Positions 27,684 to 35,743 of a stretch of 64,000 nucleotides of DNA are shown in pieces. The translations under genes were made by a program, and so were the position numbers. How positions within the stretch are numbered: position 1 is the stretch's first letter; the number at the start of each line of letters is the position of its first letter. A model generated the notes under the pieces. The model was not told where the DNA came from. It ran no database searches and saw only the letters and a program-made list of their open reading frames with translations. The DNA comes from Faecousia sp. (GTDB lineage: Bacteria > Bacillota > Clostridia > Oscillospirales > Oscillospiraceae), in assembly GCA_051892295.1 (NCBI GenBank), contig JBJFGB010000009.1, forward strand, positions 2,170 through 66,169, in the 5' to 3' direction.

Positions 27684-28565
27684 TCAAACCTTCAGGAATC
27701 TGCGAATCGACAGCAAGCTGCCTAAGATACCGATACCGAAACCGGCAACCGCACACGCCGCAATCATCGGCAGCAGAACCTCCGTAAACGGAACAAAGGT
27801 GAGAAATTGCAAATCCGTACTGATGATTGCGTTGCGAATCGCCTCGTAAAGTCCCCATTCGACAAAGAAGGAGATAACCGCGCCGAACAAGCCAAGGAAG
27901 AAGCCCTCAATCAGGAACGGGAAGCGAATAAAGCCGTTGGTCGCGCCGACCATTTTCATGATTCCGATCTCCTCGCGGCGATCCAGCATGGCAAGACGAA
28001 TGGTATTCGAGATGATAATCAGCGAGACGATGAGCAGAATAGCGGCAATCGCCATCGTAGCGCCGTACAGCACATTCCGCAGCGTCGACAGTGCGTTTGC
28101 CATCTCGTCCGGCGCGTGCACCTCTGCAACACCGCTGACCCGCTCCAACGCAGCCTTTGTCTCCGCGACTTTTTCGTTATCCACCAGTGTGATCACATAT
28201 TGATCGCGGAAATTCTCGGGATCCAGTCCCTCAAACAGCGATTCGTCGGAATCCCCGATGAATTCCTCCAGCGCCTCCGCACGGGAGACGAAACGGGCAT
28301 TGTCAACGTTTTCGATCAGATTGATTTCGGAGCCTACGCTTTTCGACTCCGCCTCGGTATAGGTTTCGTCGATGATGACGACCACTTCCATCTTCTTTTG
28401 CAAGTCATCGACCATAAGGCTCATATTATAGGAAATCAACAGGAAGCTGTTAACAATCACGAGGCAGGCGACCGTAATGCAAATCGCGGCGAAGGACATA
28501 AAGCCATGCTTAAACATCGCGCGGACGCCCTCGCCCATCAGATAGCCGAAATTATTATGCTTCAT
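27684..28565 (-). CDS. ftsX: cell division permease-like protein FtsX
   Basis: 4 TM with a large extracellular loop; overlaps ftsE by 11 nt. Confidence 0.9.
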   Translation of the reverse strand: MKHNNFGYLMGEGVRAMFKHGFMSFAAICITVACLVIVNSFLLISYNMSLMVDDLQKKMEVVVIIDETYTEAESKSVGSEINLIENVDNARFVSRAEALEEFIGDSDESLFEGLDPENFRDQYVITLVDNEKVAETKAALERVSGVAEVHAPDEMANALSTLRNVLYGATMAIAAILLIVSLIIISNTIRLAMLDRREEIGIMKMVGATNGFIRFPFLIEGFFLGLFGAVISFFVEWGLYEAIRNAIISTDLQFLTFVPFTEVLLPMIAACAVAGFGIGILGSLLSIRRFLKV

Positions 28566-29241
28566 AGTTGTAATACCCGTCCATTCCGTCGCTGATTACC
28601 TTGCCCTCGTCGATTGCGACCACGCGCTTTGTGAAGCGGTCGACCAGTCCTTTTTCGTGGGTAACGACCATGACAGTCGTGCCGAGCGTGTTGATTTGCT
28701 CCAAGAGAAGCATGATTTCAAAGGAACGCGCAGGGTCAAGATTGCCCGTCGGCTCGTCGGCAATGATCATCGTGGGATTATTGATCAGAGCGCGAGCGAT
28801 GGCAACACGCTGCTGCTCACCGCCGGACAGCTCGTTCGGCAGGCGGCGACCTTTATTTTCCAGCCCGACCAGCTCCAGCACATAGGGGACGCGCTTTTTA
28901 ATCTCCTTGTTGGAAGCGCCGATCACACGCATGGCAAAGGCAACATTTTCATAGACCGTCTTATTCTCAATCAGACGGAAGTCCTGGAAAATGACGCCAA
29001 GCGTTCTGCGCATATACGGAATCGAAGAACGCTTGATGGACTCAAGCTTGTAGCCGTTCACCATGATGGAGCCGGAGGTTGGCTTCAGCTCCGCCGTCAG
29101 CAGCTTGATGATGGTTGATTTGCCCGAACCGGACTGCCCAACCAAAAATACGAACTCTCCGTCATCAATGTGCATATCAATGCCGTTGAGCGCGTGCGTA
29201 CCGGTTTCATAGGTTTTTGTAACGTTGATCAAGTCAATCAT
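28555..29241 (-). CDS. ftsE: cell division ATP-binding protein FtsE
   Basis: GQSGSGKST, LSGGEQQR, 228 aa. Confidence 0.95.
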   Translation of the reverse strand: MIDLINVTKTYETGTHALNGIDMHIDDGEFVFLVGQSGSGKSTIIKLLTAELKPTSGSIMVNGYKLESIKRSSIPYMRRTLGVIFQDFRLIENKTVYENVAFAMRVIGASNKEIKKRVPYVLELVGLENKGRRLPNELSGGEQQRVAIARALINNPTMIIADEPTGNLDPARSFEIMLLLEQINTLGTTVMVVTHEKGLVDRFTKRVVAIDEGKVISDGMDGYYNYEA

Positions 29242-29259
29242 AAAATAACACCAGATTTC

Positions 29260-30354
29260 TTATCCCATTCTGTTTTCGCGCGAGGCGAGGTATTTTTTCA
29301 CCATCAGAGCGACCTTGAAGATAATCGCGTCGTCAAATTCACGCAGATCCAGACCGGTCAGCTTTTTGATCTTCTCCAAGCGGTAGACCAGCGTGTTGCG
29401 ATGTACGAACAGCTTGCGAGAGGTCTCGGAAACATTGAGGCTGTTTTCAAAGAACATATTGATGGTAAACAGTGTCTCCTGATCGAGCGACTCGATGGAG
29501 TTTTTCTTAAACACTTCGGAGAGGAAGATTTCGCAAAGCGTCGTCGGAAGCTGATAGATCAGGCGGCCGATGCCCAGGTTTTCATAGTTAATCACGGTCT
29601 TTTCGGTGTCAAACACTTTGCCGACCTCGATGGCGACCTGCGCCTCCTTATAGGAATCGGCAAGCTCACGCAGATGCTCTGCGACCGTGCCGATACCGAT
29701 TGTGGTTCGCGTAAACAGCTCCGTCTTCAAGCGCTCTTCGATTGTTTTTGCAAGACGGGTCAGCTCCTCGGCGCTTGTATCGGGCGCGACCTGTCGAATC
29801 ACGGCGATGTCGGACTCGTTCACGCTGACGACAAATTCCTGCTGCTGGTCAGGGAACATCGTCTGCAGCAGCTCAACGACCGCCACATCCGTTCTGCCGC
29901 GCTGGCGCACAAGAAATACCGCCCGCGGCACATCGGTTTGAAAATGCAGCTCCTTTGCGCGGATATAGATGTCGCCCGGCAGGATATTATCCGTGATAAT
30001 ATTCTTTACGAAGGTTCCCTTATCGTGTTTTTCTTCATAGTAGGTCTTTGTAAAGTTGAGGGAAACCTGCGCCATACGGCAAAGCGAATTTGCATACTCG
30101 CCTGACCCTGAAACAAAGGCAATAAAGCCGAAGGTCGGATTCCAGCCCTTCAGCGCCATAAAGGTTCTTCCGTCAACGGCAACGGGGCTTTCCGGCATAG
30201 CCGCAACTGCCGCAGCCGCCTCCGGCCAGCGTTCCCCAATCAGGGCGCTTTCTCCTGCGGAGATTACCGTTCCCTCTGCGTCGATCACACCGATACAGGA
30301 TTGAGATGCCGCCGTAAGCTGATCTACCACGCTCTGAAAAATACGACTTGACAT
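29260..30354 (-). CDS. PucR/CdaR-family transcriptional regulator
   Basis: C-terminal PucR HTH (VSETSRKLFVHRNTLVYRLEKIKKLTGLD). Start at ATG 30354. Confidence 0.8.
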   Translation of the reverse strand: MSSRIFQSVVDQLTAASQSCIGVIDAEGTVISAGESALIGERWPEAAAAVAAMPESPVAVDGRTFMALKGWNPTFGFIAFVSGSGEYANSLCRMAQVSLNFTKTYYEEKHDKGTFVKNIITDNILPGDIYIRAKELHFQTDVPRAVFLVRQRGRTDVAVVELLQTMFPDQQQEFVVSVNESDIAVIRQVAPDTSAEELTRLAKTIEERLKTELFTRTTIGIGTVAEHLRELADSYKEAQVAIEVGKVFDTEKTVINYENLGIGRLIYQLPTTLCEIFLSEVFKKNSIESLDQETLFTINMFFENSLNVSETSRKLFVHRNTLVYRLEKIKKLTGLDLREFDDAIIFKVALMVKKYLASRENRMG

Positions 30355-30545
30355 AAGCCGTCCTCCTTCACCTTTCGGAAAAATGCCGAGATTCGGCAAA
30401 TTTATGAGTATATATTACTCCAAAATCCAGCAAAATGCAAGAGGTTTTATACATTTTATTTCAAATTAGCGTGGAATTTTTATGAACTTTTGATAGTTTT
30501 TCGTCAAAATCGACAAACAGTATAAGAAATTTTCGTCAGAATGTT

Positions 30546-31274
30546 TCAGTTTTTCCTTAAAAAATTTTCGTCAAAATCAACAGATTCCAGCAGCGCAATC
30601 TCTTCTTGTGTTAACTCACGAGTCATCCCAAGAGGCAATGTCCCGAGACTCACGCCGCCTTCCGCAATACGCCGCAGATAGGAAACAGGTTTCCCGCGCG
30701 AGGCAAGCATTCTGCGAACCTGATGGTATTTCCCTTCGCAGACGCGCACAAGGCATTTTCCCTCTCCAAGCTTCTCCAACACCGCAGGACGGCAGACTGT
30801 GCCGTCTCGCAGCACACAGCCCTCGGCAAACGCGGCAATATCCGCCTCGTCCACCGTGCCGAGATGCTCGGCATAATAGGTCTTCTCAATCCCTTGCTTC
30901 GGAGAGATCAGGCGGTGTGCCAAATCGCCGTCGTTGGTAAACAGAAGCAGTCCCTCGGTTTCCTTGTCCAGCCTGCCAATCGGCATCAGCTTTCGGTACG
31001 CGGGCGGCAGATATTCCATCACCGTCTTGAACTCCCTGTCCTGCGCGGCGGTAACGCAGCCGGCAGGCTTATGCATCATTAAAACAACTCTGCAAGGGCT
31101 TCTGCCCACCGTCTCGCCATCTAATGTAACGGTATCCGCCGTCTCGTCGATCTTCTGTTCCGGCGCAGTGACCCTGCTTCCGTTGACGCACACGCGCCCG
31201 GCACGAATGACCTCTTTGATCTTTCTGCGTGACTCCACACCTGCCTCGGACAGGAACCGATCCAATCGCTGCAT
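30546..31274 (-). CDS. pseudouridine synthase, RsuA/RluB family (S4 domain plus catalytic GRLD motif)
   Basis: MQRLDRFLSEAG..(S4) and IGRLDKETEGLLLFTNDG. Confidence 0.9.
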   Translation of the reverse strand: MQRLDRFLSEAGVESRRKIKEVIRAGRVCVNGSRVTAPEQKIDETADTVTLDGETVGRSPCRVVLMMHKPAGCVTAAQDREFKTVMEYLPPAYRKLMPIGRLDKETEGLLLFTNDGDLAHRLISPKQGIEKTYYAEHLGTVDEADIAAFAEGCVLRDGTVCRPAVLEKLGEGKCLVRVCEGKYHQVRRMLASRGKPVSYLRRIAEGGVSLGTLPLGMTRELTQEEIALLESVDFDENFLRKN

Positions 31275-31352
31275 TTTACTGCTCCCTTCGGGTATATTTG
31301 TCCGACCGCGGACATACAGTGTATCACCAACAAATACTTCGGGGGGAATTCC

Positions 31353-31904
31353 ATGTTTGTTTTGACTGCCAAGCTATCGAAACCCAAGCTCATTGCAGCA
31401 GGTGTCATCCTGCTTGCCGCCATTCTGCTGATCATCCTGCTTGCCACTGCGGGCGGAAGCGACGCTCCGTCCGGCACTGCGCCCATCGGCGAGACGAACG
31501 ACGACCGTGTGGCATATCTCGCCACCTTCGGCTGGAGCGTGAACGCCGAGCCGACGCAGACGCAAAAGGTGAAGATCCCCGATACGACGGAAAACAAAGT
31601 CTTTGCCCGTTACAACGATCTGCAAAAAAGTCAAGGCTTCGACCTGACCGACTATGCAGGCAAGGAAGTCATGCGCTACGTCTATGAAATCCTGAATTAT
31701 CCCGATGCCTCCGCTCCCGTCTACGCGAGCGTTCTGGTCTGCGACGGACGGGTCATCGGCGGCGACATCACAAACAGCGCGCCCGACGGCGTCATCCACG
31801 GCTTCGCCATGCCGCAAAAGGAGCAGACGCCCTCTGCAAGCGCAGCGGAGTCTTCCGCGCCGACGGAGGAAAGCACCTCCTCCGAACCGTCCGAAGCGGA
31901 ATAA
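31353..31904 (+). CDS. DUF4830-like membrane-anchored protein
   Basis: N-terminal TM, then ..RVAYLATFGWSVNAEPTQTQKVKIP..FARYNDLQKSQGFDL.., which is typical of DUF4830. S/E-rich tail. Confidence 0.7.
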   Translation: MFVLTAKLSKPKLIAAGVILLAAILLIILLATAGGSDAPSGTAPIGETNDDRVAYLATFGWSVNAEPTQTQKVKIPDTTENKVFARYNDLQKSQGFDLTDYAGKEVMRYVYEILNYPDASAPVYASVLVCDGRVIGGDITNSAPDGVIHGFAMPQKEQTPSASAAESSAPTEESTSSEPSEAE

Positions 31905-31940
31905 AATGATTATATCATAGATCATTCGTGAAAAAAAGAG

Positions 31941-31969
31941 TTGCATTTTGGTAAAACAGGCGTTATAAT
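31941..31969 (+). promoter_or_regulatory. sigmaA-type promoter driving the FMN riboswitch-ribU unit
   Basis: TTGCAT (31941-31946), 17 nt spacer, TATAAT (31964-31969). Confidence 0.75.
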
Positions 31970-31989
31970 GACGTAGCAACTGAATAGAG

Positions 31990-32100
31990 AAGTCTTCAGG
32001 GCAGGGTGAAACTCCCGACCGGCGGTAAAGTCCGCGAGCGCTTCGGCGCATGATTCGGTGCAACTCCGAAACCGACAGTACAGTCTGGATGGAAGAAGAT
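31990..32100 (+). promoter_or_regulatory. FMN riboswitch (RFN element) aptamer
   Basis: TCTTCAGGGCAGGGTGAAACTCCCGACCGGCGGTAAAGTCCGCGAGC..GGTGCAACTCCGAAACCGACAGTACAGTCTGGATGGAAGAAG matches the conserved RFN core almost base for base. Confidence 0.95.
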
Positions 32101-32150
32101 CTAACACAAAAAGGTTTATCACCAAATTGTATCCGATTTGTATCTTTTTG

Positions 32151-32180
32151 TACCCGAAGGCTCTCCTTCGGGTATTTTTT
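32151..32180 (+). terminator. riboswitch expression-platform terminator
   Basis: TACCCGAAGG-CTCT-CCTTCGGGTA followed by TTTTTT, 20 nt before the ribU start. Confidence 0.85.
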
Positions 32181-32199
32181 GTTATCGGAGGTTTACCAA

Positions 32200-32856
32200 A
32201 TGAAACACGAACAAGTCAAAAAGCTCACCGTTCTCTCCATGCTCTGCGCCGTAGCATTCGTCATCGTCGCGCTGGTGCGCATTCCCGCCGTTCTCTTCCT
32301 GAATTACGAACCGAAGGATGTGATCATCGCATTTGGAGGTTTTCTCTATGGTCCCGTCGCGGCGATAATCATCTCTGCGGTCGTCTCCTTCCTCGAATTC
32401 CTGACCATCAGCTCCACGGGCTGGATCGGCATGGTGATGAACTTTTTAAGCTCCGCCGCCTTTGCAGGAACCGCCGCCCTTGTCTACCGTAAAAAGCACA
32501 CGCTCTCCGGCGCGGTGATTGGTCTGTTGCTCGGCTCCGTAGCAATGACGGTTGTCATGCTTATCTGGAACTACGCTCTGACGCCGCTTTACATGGGCAT
32601 GGCGCGTGCCGATGTTGCGGCAATGCTGGTTCCGGTGTTCCTGCCCTTCAATCTCCTCAAGAGCGGGCTGAACAGTGCGATTACGATTTTGCTCTACCGC
32701 CCGCTTGTGCAGGGTCTGCGCCGCGTCGGTCTTTTCCCGCAGAGCAATGTCATCGGCAAGCCCGCCCGCAAGGGAAAGCTGTGGGTTTGGCTCGGCGCCG
32801 CCGCAATTCTCGCGGTCTGCGTTCTGTTCCTTCTGCACTGGAATCAAATCATTTAA
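32200..32856 (+). CDS. ribU: riboflavin ECF-transporter S component
   Basis: About 218 aa, 5-6 TM. Sits directly behind an FMN riboswitch. Start at ATG 32200 (GGAGG RBS); the track ORF starts inside the riboswitch. Confidence 0.85.
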   Translation: MKHEQVKKLTVLSMLCAVAFVIVALVRIPAVLFLNYEPKDVIIAFGGFLYGPVAAIIISAVVSFLEFLTISSTGWIGMVMNFLSSAAFAGTAALVYRKKHTLSGAVIGLLLGSVAMTVVMLIWNYALTPLYMGMARADVAAMLVPVFLPFNLLKSGLNSAITILLYRPLVQGLRRVGLFPQSNVIGKPARKGKLWVWLGAAAILAVCVLFLLHWNQII

Positions 32857-32912
32857 TGCAAGCGCCCTCGCGGAGGCACGCGCAGCACATATCATGAAAC
32901 TCCATTCAGGAC

Positions 32913-33106
32913 GGGGCATGCCCCCGCCGACCGCGTAAGCGGCAGATGGTACAAACGAACAGATCTGTACGCAGTCGGTAGTTCCTGCACCGGCTTATGA
33001 CATGTCCCCGCCCTATAAGAGATTGCCACGGCGCAAGCGCCTCGAAATGACAGGGAAAGGCATCCCTATTTTGTCATTGCGAGGAGCGCAGCGACGTGGC
33101 AATCTC
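32913..33106. repeat. composite multi-hairpin repeat, copy L
   Basis: Units in order: GGGGCATGCCCC; CGACCGCGTAAGCGGCAGATGGTACAAACGAACAGATCTGTACGCAGTCGGTAGTTCCTGCACCGG; GACATGTCCCCGCCCTATA; and GAGATTGCCACGGCGCAAGCGCCTCGAAATGACA paired with TGTCATTGCGAGGAGCGCAGCGACGTGGCAATCTC. Confidence 0.85.
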
Positions 33107-33117
33107 TGCAAGTATTC

Positions 33118-34368
33118 TTATTTATCCAGATAATTCATCAGCATCTGTGCAATTTCTGCGCGGGTTGCGTTTCCGTTCGGTCGGAGGTAGAGTACGCCGT
33201 TCTCTAAACTGCCGTTGATGACGCCCTCATTGACCGCCCAGTTCATGGCTTCCACTGCATAGTTTGAAACTCGGTCACTGTCCGGGAATGCGGACAATTT
33301 GTCTTGCGCGGCAGGGACAGCTTCGGCATAGCGGTAGAGAATCGCTGCCAGCTGCTCTCTGGTCACCGGGTCTTCCGGGCTGAACGCCGTAGAGCTTGTG
33401 CCGTTCACAATGCCGTTTTCGTAAGCCCACGCCACAGCGTTGTCATACCAGTCATCCCGCAGGTCTGTGAACGGAGGCTTTGCCGTAACATCCGGCGTAC
33501 CCGCAACGCGGTAGAGCGCAGTCACCAGCATCGCACGGGTCATGGTAGCATTCGGCTCAAATGTCGTTTGCCCTGTCCCCTGCATATAGCCGTTGGTCAC
33601 CACAAAGTCAATTGCCTTGTGATACCACTGATTTCTGTCAACGTCGATAAACGTCTTCGATGGACAAAGGTTCGAATGCAGGGGAAGAATCTTGGTATAG
33701 GTATCACCGCAGATTGCGCAGCGGTATATCACATAGCCATCGGAAAAACAAGTTGCAGCAGCGGTTTCCACAGCTTGATAATCATGGGTGTGTGGACGCA
33801 CCGCATAGAAGGTAATGGCGCTTGGCTCACTTCCCATGGTAAAGCTGCCGTTGGCATAGCACAGATACCGACCGTCGTTTTTCAGATAGAAGCCATCGTC
33901 GCAGCGTTCCGGTACCCACTGACTGTCGGCAGCTTCGCCGGACAGAAGCAATACGCCGTCCTTGCCGCAAAGATAGCCGCTGTCAGAGGCAAAGCGGTAA
34001 AACGTACCGTCAGTTTCCACCGTGAGCAGAGCCGCTTCCGCCGTCTTGATGCTGATGCTGACCGAATTGTTGACGGTGGCTGTGGTGGCATCCAGTCCGT
34101 TCCCATGCGCGTTTACCGAGAGCGCAGCCCGCACCGCATCATAGTATACTACAACCTGTTGACCGTTTGCAGGCGAAGCGGTCAGCGTGGCTGATGTCAT
34201 AGCGTCCAGCGGCGGGTCAGTCAGAATAAGCACTGCACCGGTGCTACCGGTTCGTAGGGCAGGAACAGACCGCTCTGCCTGCGCCGACGAAACGGGCAGC
34301 AGGGACAACACCATCATCACCGCCAAAATCAGAGTCAAGAGGGCTTTGTATTTTTTCATTCTTTTCAC
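33118..34368 (-). CDS. secreted S-layer-homology (SLH) domain protein
   Basis: Signal peptide (..LLPVSSAQA) and three C-terminal SLH repeats (FIDVDRNQWYHKAIDFVVTNGYMQG; FTDLRDDWYDNAVAWAYENGIVNG; FPDSDRVSNYAVEAMNWAVNEGVING). The N-terminal 230 aa have no recognisable motif. Confidence 0.85.
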   Translation of the reverse strand: MKRMKKYKALLTLILAVMMVLSLLPVSSAQAERSVPALRTGSTGAVLILTDPPLDAMTSATLTASPANGQQVVVYYDAVRAALSVNAHGNGLDATTATVNNSVSISIKTAEAALLTVETDGTFYRFASDSGYLCGKDGVLLLSGEAADSQWVPERCDDGFYLKNDGRYLCYANGSFTMGSEPSAITFYAVRPHTHDYQAVETAAATCFSDGYVIYRCAICGDTYTKILPLHSNLCPSKTFIDVDRNQWYHKAIDFVVTNGYMQGTGQTTFEPNATMTRAMLVTALYRVAGTPDVTAKPPFTDLRDDWYDNAVAWAYENGIVNGTSSTAFSPEDPVTREQLAAILYRYAEAVPAAQDKLSAFPDSDRVSNYAVEAMNWAVNEGVINGSLENGVLYLRPNGNATRAEIAQMLMNYLDK

Positions 34369-34481
34369 ACCTTCTCCTTGGTCACTTCAAATCCAAAAGC
34401 GCCCAATTTTTCTTATTATAGCATAATTTTGCTAAAACGAACTTTAAATATCTGCCTGTTCCGAAGTTTTTTGCCGCAGAA

Positions 34482-34935
34482 GGTACAAGTGAACCGTCGG
34501 TAATTCCTGCACGAGATTGCACCCGCAAGGGGTACGCCGCATCCGTAAAGCTCCTTCGTCCCTAACGGCTGCGCAGCCGTGTCGCTGCGCTCCTCGCAAT
34601 AGCTTGTTAAAGCGCACAACGATAAACGAAACAGCCTTTGTAGGGCGGGGACATGTCCCCGACGACCGCGTAAGCGGCAGACGGTACAAACGAACAACTC
34701 TGTACCCACTCGGTAGTTCCTACCCCGGCGGGGACATGTCCCCGCCCTACAGAGAGTTCCATGACAATGAAATGGAAAGCTGCCCTCTTTGTCATTGCGA
34801 GGAGCGCCAGCGACGTGGCAATCTCATATTGTCAATCTGCACGCAGTCGGTAGTTCCTGCACCGGCGCACAGACTCGTTAGCGCAGAGGTTTTCGACGAA
34901 GGAGCCTAACGGATGCGGTATGCCCCTTGCCGGTG
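34482..34935. repeat. composite multi-hairpin repeat cluster, containing copy R (34647-34825) nested between inverted repeats
   Basis: Copy R repeats the unit order of copy L. Extra units lie at 34482-34512 and 34838-34865. The imperfect inverted repeat is CCGCAAGGGGTACGCCGCATCCGTAAAGCTCCTTCGTC (34523-34560) paired with GACGAAGGAGCCTAACGGATGCGGTATGCCCCTTGCCGG (34895-34933). Confidence 0.85.
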
Positions 34936-34954
34936 CGCGCCCTACAAAGTTAAG

Positions 34955-35743
34955 TTATGCAGCAATATCTTTTCTGCAATACCGCAGGAAGCCGATCGTG
35001 ACGGCAAGGATGGCAACCGCCATGCCGAGCAGGACAAGCGGCATATCCAAACGGAGGCTTGTCACAATCTCCGTTCCCTCCGCATAGGCAAAGGGCGTAA
35101 TATAGCGCAAAAGCTCTGCTTTCTCCGTGAGATTCGAAATCAGATTCAGAAAATAGAGCAGGATTGCAATGCCCAATCCGATGCCAATCCCGCCGCGGCG
35201 CAGAAACGCGGAGATGCCGAAGCAGATTCCCGCCAGCTCGATTTGCAACAGCAGATATGCCAAATGCAGCAGCGTGAGTTCCTTGAACGGCAGCGGCTCA
35301 CCGATCAGAAGTACGGACAAAAGCGCCAGCACATACACGCATAGATTCAAGATAAGGATTTGCAGCAGCACCGCCGCGAGCTTTTCCGCTACGACACGCC
35401 CGCGTCTGACAGGATGGGTCAGCAAAAACTCCGCCGTGTGTTCCTTTTCCTCCTTTGCCAAAACATTCACCGCGCAGAGCGCCGCGAAGAACGCGCCGCC
35501 GAGTCCAAGGATATTGCCGCATTCCACGGCGTAAAAGCCCGTCAGCGTGCCGAAGCTGACCTTGTCCATGCCGAAGGCTGCGGAAAAGCTGCCCATTGAG
35601 GAAAATAACGCACTGACATCGTCCATTTCCCCCTTCATCTCAGGAAAGAGAAAGATACAGACCGCGATTAAAAAGCCGATGGCTACCGTCCAGACCGTCA
35701 GGGACAGGCGGTCGCGCCGCAGCTCGTGTTTCAGGATTGTCAT
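34955..35743 (-). CDS. ABC-2-type transporter permease
   Basis: 262 aa, 6 TM; ATGA overlap with the upstream ATPase gene. Confidence 0.8.
   Translation of the reverse strand: MTILKHELRRDRLSLTVWTVAIGFLIAVCIFLFPEMKGEMDDVSALFSSMGSFSAAFGMDKVSFGTLTGFYAVECGNILGLGGAFFAALCAVNVLAKEEKEHTAEFLLTHPVRRGRVVAEKLAAVLLQILILNLCVYVLALLSVLLIGEPLPFKELTLLHLAYLLLQIELAGICFGISAFLRRGGIGIGLGIAILLYFLNLISNLTEKAELLRYITPFAYAEGTEIVTSLRLDMPLVLLGMAVAILAVTIGFLRYCRKDIAA

Noticed and set aside
29170-30105. 311-aa plus-strand ORF
   Set aside because: It is antisense to the PucR-family regulator gene.
30496-30582. A possible mini-CRISPR array (spaced repeats at about 33-bp periodicity)
   Set aside because: There are only three copies of a 9-18-bp AT-rich motif. 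One copy is inside a coding region, the motif has no palindromic repeat structure, and there are no cas genes. Tandem duplication of the gene's 3' end explains it better.
31374-32063. 229-aa minus-strand ORF spanning the DUF4830 gene and the FMN riboswitch
   Set aside because: It is antisense to a plausible gene and runs through a textbook RFN element and its promoter.
34416-34909. Small ORFs (62-130 aa) inside the repeat cluster, plus the 32675-32938 and 32446-32919 ORFs at the left cluster
   Set aside because: They are read-throughs of palindromic repeat units. The same peptides (e.g. ..GRGHVP..) appear in both orientations. They have no RBS and are typical annotation artefacts of such repeats.
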